DNA of 64,000 nucleotides from Eledone cirrhosa (taxonomy: Eukaryota): the NCBI GenBank assembly GCA_964016885.1, contig OZ024742.1:95542001-95606000 (forward strand), read 5' to 3'. Numbering within the stretch: position 1 is the stretch's first letter; each line of letters starts with the position of its first letter. Position numbers and translations under genes: made by a program. Below are positions 58,074 to 64,000 of the stretch, in pieces. Below the pieces are notes generated by a model. The model saw only the letters and a program-made list of their open reading frames with translations. It did not search any database and was not told the origin of the DNA.

Positions 58074-58766
58074 ATGTATGTATGTGTGTGTGTGGGTGTG
58101 TATATACAATGGGCTATCACTTAGTTTCTGTCTACCAAATTTCACCTATAAAGCATTGTTGAGACTAACTTGCATAATATGCCATGCAGTAGGATTGAAA
58201 CCAATTTGATTTAGAATTGTTCTCACATTTTATTCAGAAAAAATGTTAAAGGCAAATTGGTTCTAGACGACTGATGGCTGCTTTTGATTTCATAAATTGT
58301 TTATAATGGGGAAACTTTAAGAGATGTTATTTACACAACAACTCTCAGAAAGTGTTTATGTAGAAAAAAATTGTTTTGCAAATTATGGTATCATTTCTGA
58401 AACTGGGAGTGTTTTTAAAAAGGTGTTAAATAGAAATCTTGGGTAAGTTTAAATGACAGATTGTTCATTAAAATTAGGTAATTTAGTGATTTGCCGATAT
58501 TTAATTAGAAATTCTTGATCAAACACAGTCTTCAGGTCCTACCAATATTTACTTAAAATTCCACAAAATAGATTGCTATGCCTCTATTAGCAGCTATTTG
58601 TAAGACATATTATTCTAATTTGAGCTTTTAATTAACATTTTCTTGACCATATTTCAACTTAAAGACACTGTATTTAATTTAATTAAAGAAAAATTTGGAA
58701 GCTTTCCTAACATTATTTCATTATTAACTCTTCCATTACCATATTTTTAATGAAAGAGTTAATAAT

Positions 58767-58950
58767 TGTTTCTACTTTTGGCACAAGACCAGCAATTATC
58801 CCAGTGTATTACTTGTACTTTATTTTATCGACCCCGTAAGGATGAAAGGCAAAGTTAACCTCGGCGGGTTTTGAACTCAGAATGGCAAGGGCCGTAACTG
58901 TATGCGTCAAAGCATGGCATCCGACCCTCTACCAATACTGCCAATCCACC
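58767..58950 (-). mobile_element. Family B SINE with 18-bp target-site duplication
   Basis: aatgaaagagttaataat at 58749-58766 and 58951-58968. Confidence 0.92.
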
Positions 58951-59259
58951 AATGAAAGAGTTAATAATGAAATACTGTTAGGAAATCTTCTTGGTTTTCA
59001 AATAATTTTTAAGATAAAGTATTGTGAGAATTCTCTGCAGAGCTGTTCTGCTACAGAACAGGTTACAGGTGGTGAATAGCAATACAGCCTCCAGATATGA
59101 TGGCAAGTTGTGATATAAGTGGACATCTGCTAGATGAATAAGCAACCCCAGTCCAATAGTGGTAAACTACTAGGCAGACCATCCACCAGCTTTATAAGAA
59201 GTCCTCTTTCACACCTATTTTGGAACATGCCTGGGGTTCTCCTCTCTTCAGATAGGTGC

Positions 59260-60840
59260 ATGTTCATGAGGTAGAGAGGATACTATACTGATCATCTAAA
59301 TTCAGTCACAACAGCATCTTCTGATGTATACAGGGTAAATCTGGGAGTGATGACTAATCTCTCAGTGGCTGAGGTCACAAGAGCAATTAAAGGGCTCAAA
59401 TGTGGCAAAGTCACATGGGAAGATGAAATTCAGCCTGAGATGTTAAAGCCTTAAATACAGAAGATATTTTCTGATTGACTCATGGGTGCTGGTTATCCTA
59501 GATCTCTGGAAAGGAACCTAAGCAATAACAATTGGGAGTAATAGTCACAATTTTCAACAAAGGAGACAAATGAGATTGCTCAAATTATAGAAGGATCTTC
59601 TTGTTAAGTTCCCCTGGTCCTGGTAAAGTCTTTCCTAAGTGTCTTGCAAGGAGATGTAGGGAGATTGTTGAGTCCATGCTAACTGATGAACAGTGTAATT
59701 TCCACCCCAGATGCAGCACAACCAACCAAATATTCACACTGCAAGATGTTTTTGAGTAATGACAAAGTACTCTATTGCTTTGTAGACCTTGAAACAGTAT
59801 ACAACTGCATATCATGGAACCTACTGTGGAGGTTTTTGCTGGCATACAGGATTGAAGGACAGCTTCTTGTTGCCCAGATGTCACTATATGAACGACCTAG
59901 TATTTGTATTCAGGTAAATGTTGCTAAATTGAAACCATTTGAGGGTGCAAACTCTCCTGTTCATTATCATCATGAACTGGATTGACATGTGCAGCCAGGT
60001 TTTAAGTTGTATCATGACTGTCAGGTGGAGGATCTGTTAGCTAAAACTTGCAGATGACATGGGATTATCTAACTCAGCATAAGGGGATCTTCGATATACA
60101 TTTGATATGTTTGATGCTGAGTGATGCATGGCTGGAATGAAAATCAGTGTTGCAAAAACTGAAATACTCATCTTTCCAAGGAAGCCTACACATTGCACTC
60201 TACATTTATGTAGAGATCCACTAAAGCAGGTGGAGAAGTTCAAGTATCTTGGAGGCCATGTTTTCAAGTGATGGAAAGCAGGAGGCTGAATTAAGTGAAG
60301 AATTGCAGAAGTTGGGGCAGTAAAGCCCCAGCTTCATCATTTGGTAATCAGAAGAAGGGAGGTAGGTGTAAAAATCAAACTCGCTATCTTCAGTTCAGAA
60401 TTCATGCCAACCCTTACCTCATGAAACTTGTGTTATTACTAAAAGAATATAATCGTGAATACAAGCAGCTGCAATGGGGTTCTTCCAACGTGTCTTTGGA
60501 GTAATGTTACTCAATAGAGTGTGTAGCTTGAAGATCAGAGAGTCACTCCACATATAGCCACTTCCCCAAATTGAGAGATCTCAGCTTCAGTACTATGGAT
60601 ATGTTGTTAGTATGTCTCAGCAAAGAATCACTGGACAGATTTTATGGGCAAAACCAACTAGTAATAGACCTTGGTGTATGCCCCAAGCAAGATGGTTGAA
60701 TAACTTCCATGAGCTTGGCTGGTCTTACTTGGCAATCCAGTTAAATCAATTGGATATGGTTGCTTCTGACATTATCCACTGGAAAGAGTGTTTGAGGATT
60801 CTGATCTCAAAACCCTCCCAGGAATATGTGGGTGAAAAAG
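59260..60840 (+). mobile_element. Old RTE-like LINE, RT to 3' end, heavily decayed
   Basis: EVTRAIKGLKCGK..EDEIQPEMLK, FVDLETVYN, LADD, VEKFKYLG, YYGYVVSM..RP. Confidence 0.8.
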
Positions 60841-61124
60841 AATTATTTTGTTGTATTTAGTAATATAGCTGACATTTTCATTATTAAGCTTGTATTGAGA
60901 ACATAATAAAGGTTTTTATTAAAAAATGTGAAGGAAGCATTTAGATAGATATAAACACTTTTAAATAAACCATGGGGTATCCTAGAACCAGGCGCAATTT
61001 CATGCAGTTTTTTACTGAATACATTAAGATGGAATTAATAATATAATTTAACTCTTTCATTACCATAATGTGTTTCAATAAATTTTGAAAATAACCAAAC
61101 ATTTGGGGGAATTTAATAAAATAA

Positions 61125-61620
61125 CCTAGCTGTAAAGTGGTCATTTTGGTGCCACAATAAAAAGCGCCCAGACCCCACTGTAAACTAGTCATATTGGTAA
61201 CACAAAAAAAGCACACATTCCATACTGTAAAGTAGTTGTTTTGGTAACATGACAAAACGTAACCAGTTCACACTGAAAAGTGGTTGTGTAGGTCTTATGA
61301 CAAAAGGCACCCATCTGTCACTGTAAAGTGGGTGCTTTGGTGTCACAACAAAGAGCACCTTGTCCACATTGAAAAGTGGTTGTGTAGGCATCTCAACGAA
61401 AACAGCCAGCCCACACTGTAAAGAGTTCATTTTGATGCCATGATAAAAATACCCAGTAGATACTGTAAATGTGGTTGGCATTAAGAAGGGCATTCTGTTG
61501 TTGAAACCAAGCCAAAACCAGTTCTGTATGAGCAAGACATGGTCATCTGAACTACGACATGATAACTCGTCTAACCGAAACTAGCATGAAAAAATGGACG
61601 TAAAGCAGTGATGATGATGA
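61125..61620 (+). mobile_element. RTE 3' UTR with 7-8 internal tandem units of about 43-49 bp
   Basis: Repeated ctgtaaagtggt..ggtgccac..aaaagcaccca units; ends ggacgtaaagcagtgatgatgatg. Confidence 0.7.
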
Positions 61621-63945
61621 ACTAAATTTTTCATTATTAAGCAGATGTTTTCGAACATTACTTCAGAAAAAAATTTAAGATAACTATGATGAAATGTTTT
61701 GATATAATTACAAACATTTTGAAATGGAAATGTTTGCATCATAACATCGTCATCTCCACCAACACCAACACCACAACCATCATCACTACTCCCACCACCT
61801 TCGGAATTCACATTACTACCACCAACACCCCTATCATCATCATCTCCACCACCACCATCATCATAATCACTACAATTAGCATTCCCACAACACCACTACC
61901 ACCATCATCCCTACCATCTCCACTGTCACCATCATCATCCCCATAAGCTTTCTATTTTTACTTCTTCCAGAGTATTACATCACTTCTGATTTGACAACAT
62001 AAAGTAACAGTTCACTGTTACTTTATGTTGTGGCTTTCTTGAATTTATTTTGGCTTATTTCATTCTGAGTTTAGATCCTGCCAAGGTTAATTTTGGCATT
62101 CATCTTTTTCAAGATTGATGAATAAAGTACCAATTTCAGATGGTGAATTGGTGGAATTATAAGAATGCTTAAAGTACCTTGTGGTAATTTTTCTGAGATT
62201 TTGTATTCTGTGTTCAAATGCAATTGTGGCCTACCAACCACCATAGAAAGGATTGGATCCCTAACATATAAACACCCATCATTAATCATTGACAGCATTA
62301 AAATAATCCATGTTACACAACCTGATAAGCGGAGATGATATCTGACGATGTGTTCTTTATACTGATTAGTCAGAGTGACACAGATCAGGGCCTATAGAAC
62401 TGGAGGAAATGATTGGCTTCAACGATGAATGTTCCAGTTGATCAATCAATGGAATGGTCTGCTGTGAGTGGCTGAGCATTCTACAAACTGGTGTACTTAT
62501 AGTAATGCTCAGGGATATTCAGCATGACTCTGTGACTGATGAAATTGGCCTCTTGAATTACAAGTAGGGTAGTTAATTTGAGAGGCTTCTAAATAGTTAA
62601 ACAGTTTATAGTTACCTAGTTTCACTCACATGGCATGGGTCAATTCGAGGCCAAGATAAATACGACTTGCTGAAGATGACCTGCAGTGGGATTGACCCTG
62701 GGACCTAATGATTGTGAAGAAAACCTCTCAAACATTTGGTTATACTAAGTCCATACACAACAAAATTAACTGTGCAAAACATATACATGGGCCAGGTGGT
62801 AGTGTTAAAAGAGACACTGGAGAGAGAATTCCAGCTGGAATCAGCCAGTTTAAATGCTAAAGTGTTAAGTATACCTTATTCACTTCTTTCCACCAATCTC
62901 AAAACATGGTCATGGACATTGACCTTTTCTCCTCTGACTGATCTTTATAAGTAAGTAAACAAAATGAATGAATGACAAAGATAAATTCAGTGGGATTCAG
63001 AGAATTCAGTGCAGAGAGGTTGATCGATACAACAAGGCATTTTGTCATATATTCTAACGACTCTAACAATTCACCTGATTGTTGTCATCTTCTGTTTCTC
63101 TTACTCCTCCTCTTTAACTGACAGCTTGACTTTTACATGAAACAAAAAGCAAAAAGGAAAAATAAGTATGAAATTACAAACAGATAACTATTGACTTTAA
63201 AGGAAAATGAAATATAAAAAAAAATGTTTTCAACAATTAAACTGTTTTGCATCAATCATTACATCAACTGTATGTTTATTTCCATCATAACAACAACAAC
63301 AACAGTCTAAAGAATTTCTTAGATCTTAGCAATAGTTTGATAAATTGCTGGAATTGACAAAGAAAACACTGAAATTCTTTCTTAGCAATATTGCTGAAAG
63401 TTATAAATACCTATGTATAAATATACTGAAGGTGCTCAGATTAATTCTTAGGGTATTGGACTTTCAATTGTAATGTTATGGGCTCAAATCCAAGACCAGG
63501 TAGTGCATTGTCTTTTTTTTAACTGACACACTTTATTTCACATTACTCCAGCGAAAAATGAGTAAACAGCAGTTGGGTGTTAACCCTGTAATTAACATCC
63601 TGTCTTGTACATTTATTTATGAAACCTGGATAAACTCTGGTCTGAGTAGCCTCAAGGCTTGGGACAGACTATAACTTAATTAATATAGTGAATCTTTTTA
63701 ACGTTCACACGATAGTCTACATTTTAACATGGATGAAATAATAAAGCTATGCTGTTGTGATGTCTAATGCCATATTATAATCAAGTATCTTTTAATTCCT
63801 GATGATATGTCTGCCAAGAGAACAATGATATATCTATGTTATACATATGCACTTATATACACACACATAAATTATGATATTGCATATACTGAGATTCACT
63901 CAGACATGCGTATCAATGCATATATAATAATAATAATAATAATAA

Positions 63946-63976
<31 letters not shown>

Positions 63977-64000
63977 GGAAGAAGACGCACGAGGTGACGG

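Noticed and set aside
61125-61480. CRISPR-like periodic repeats
   Set aside because: Degenerate tandem units without unique spacers, eukaryotic context, no cas genes

Overview
AT-rich eukaryotic DNA saturated with (TA)n/(CA)n/(GA)n microsatellites and decayed transposons. The repeat mix suggests an invertebrate, probably a cephalopod such as Octopus (inference). No host protein-coding gene is supported, and most ORFs in the track are microsatellite translations. Recognisable elements: seven Penelope-like retroelement (PLE) coding remnants, four with Naiad-like motifs and one near full length at 47267-50885; many RTE-clade LINE pieces; an R4/Dong-like remnant; a decayed mariner; two MITEs; two tRNA-derived SINE families; and a solo LTR. 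The standout is a dense set of about 20 hammerhead ribozyme (HHR) motifs read by eye, several with repeated non-canonical cores (U3-A8, C4, A4). They sit in PLE terminal repeats, in a 423-bp tandem retrozyme-like unit, and in non-coding fold-back mini-elements. About ten such fold-backs lie in or beside microsatellites, mostly (TA)n, and most carry an HHR. Most have a one-sided tail, and several tails share an ACTCY..TTGAGTRCT motif. Coordinates were read manually and may be off by a few bases. No folding or database search was run.
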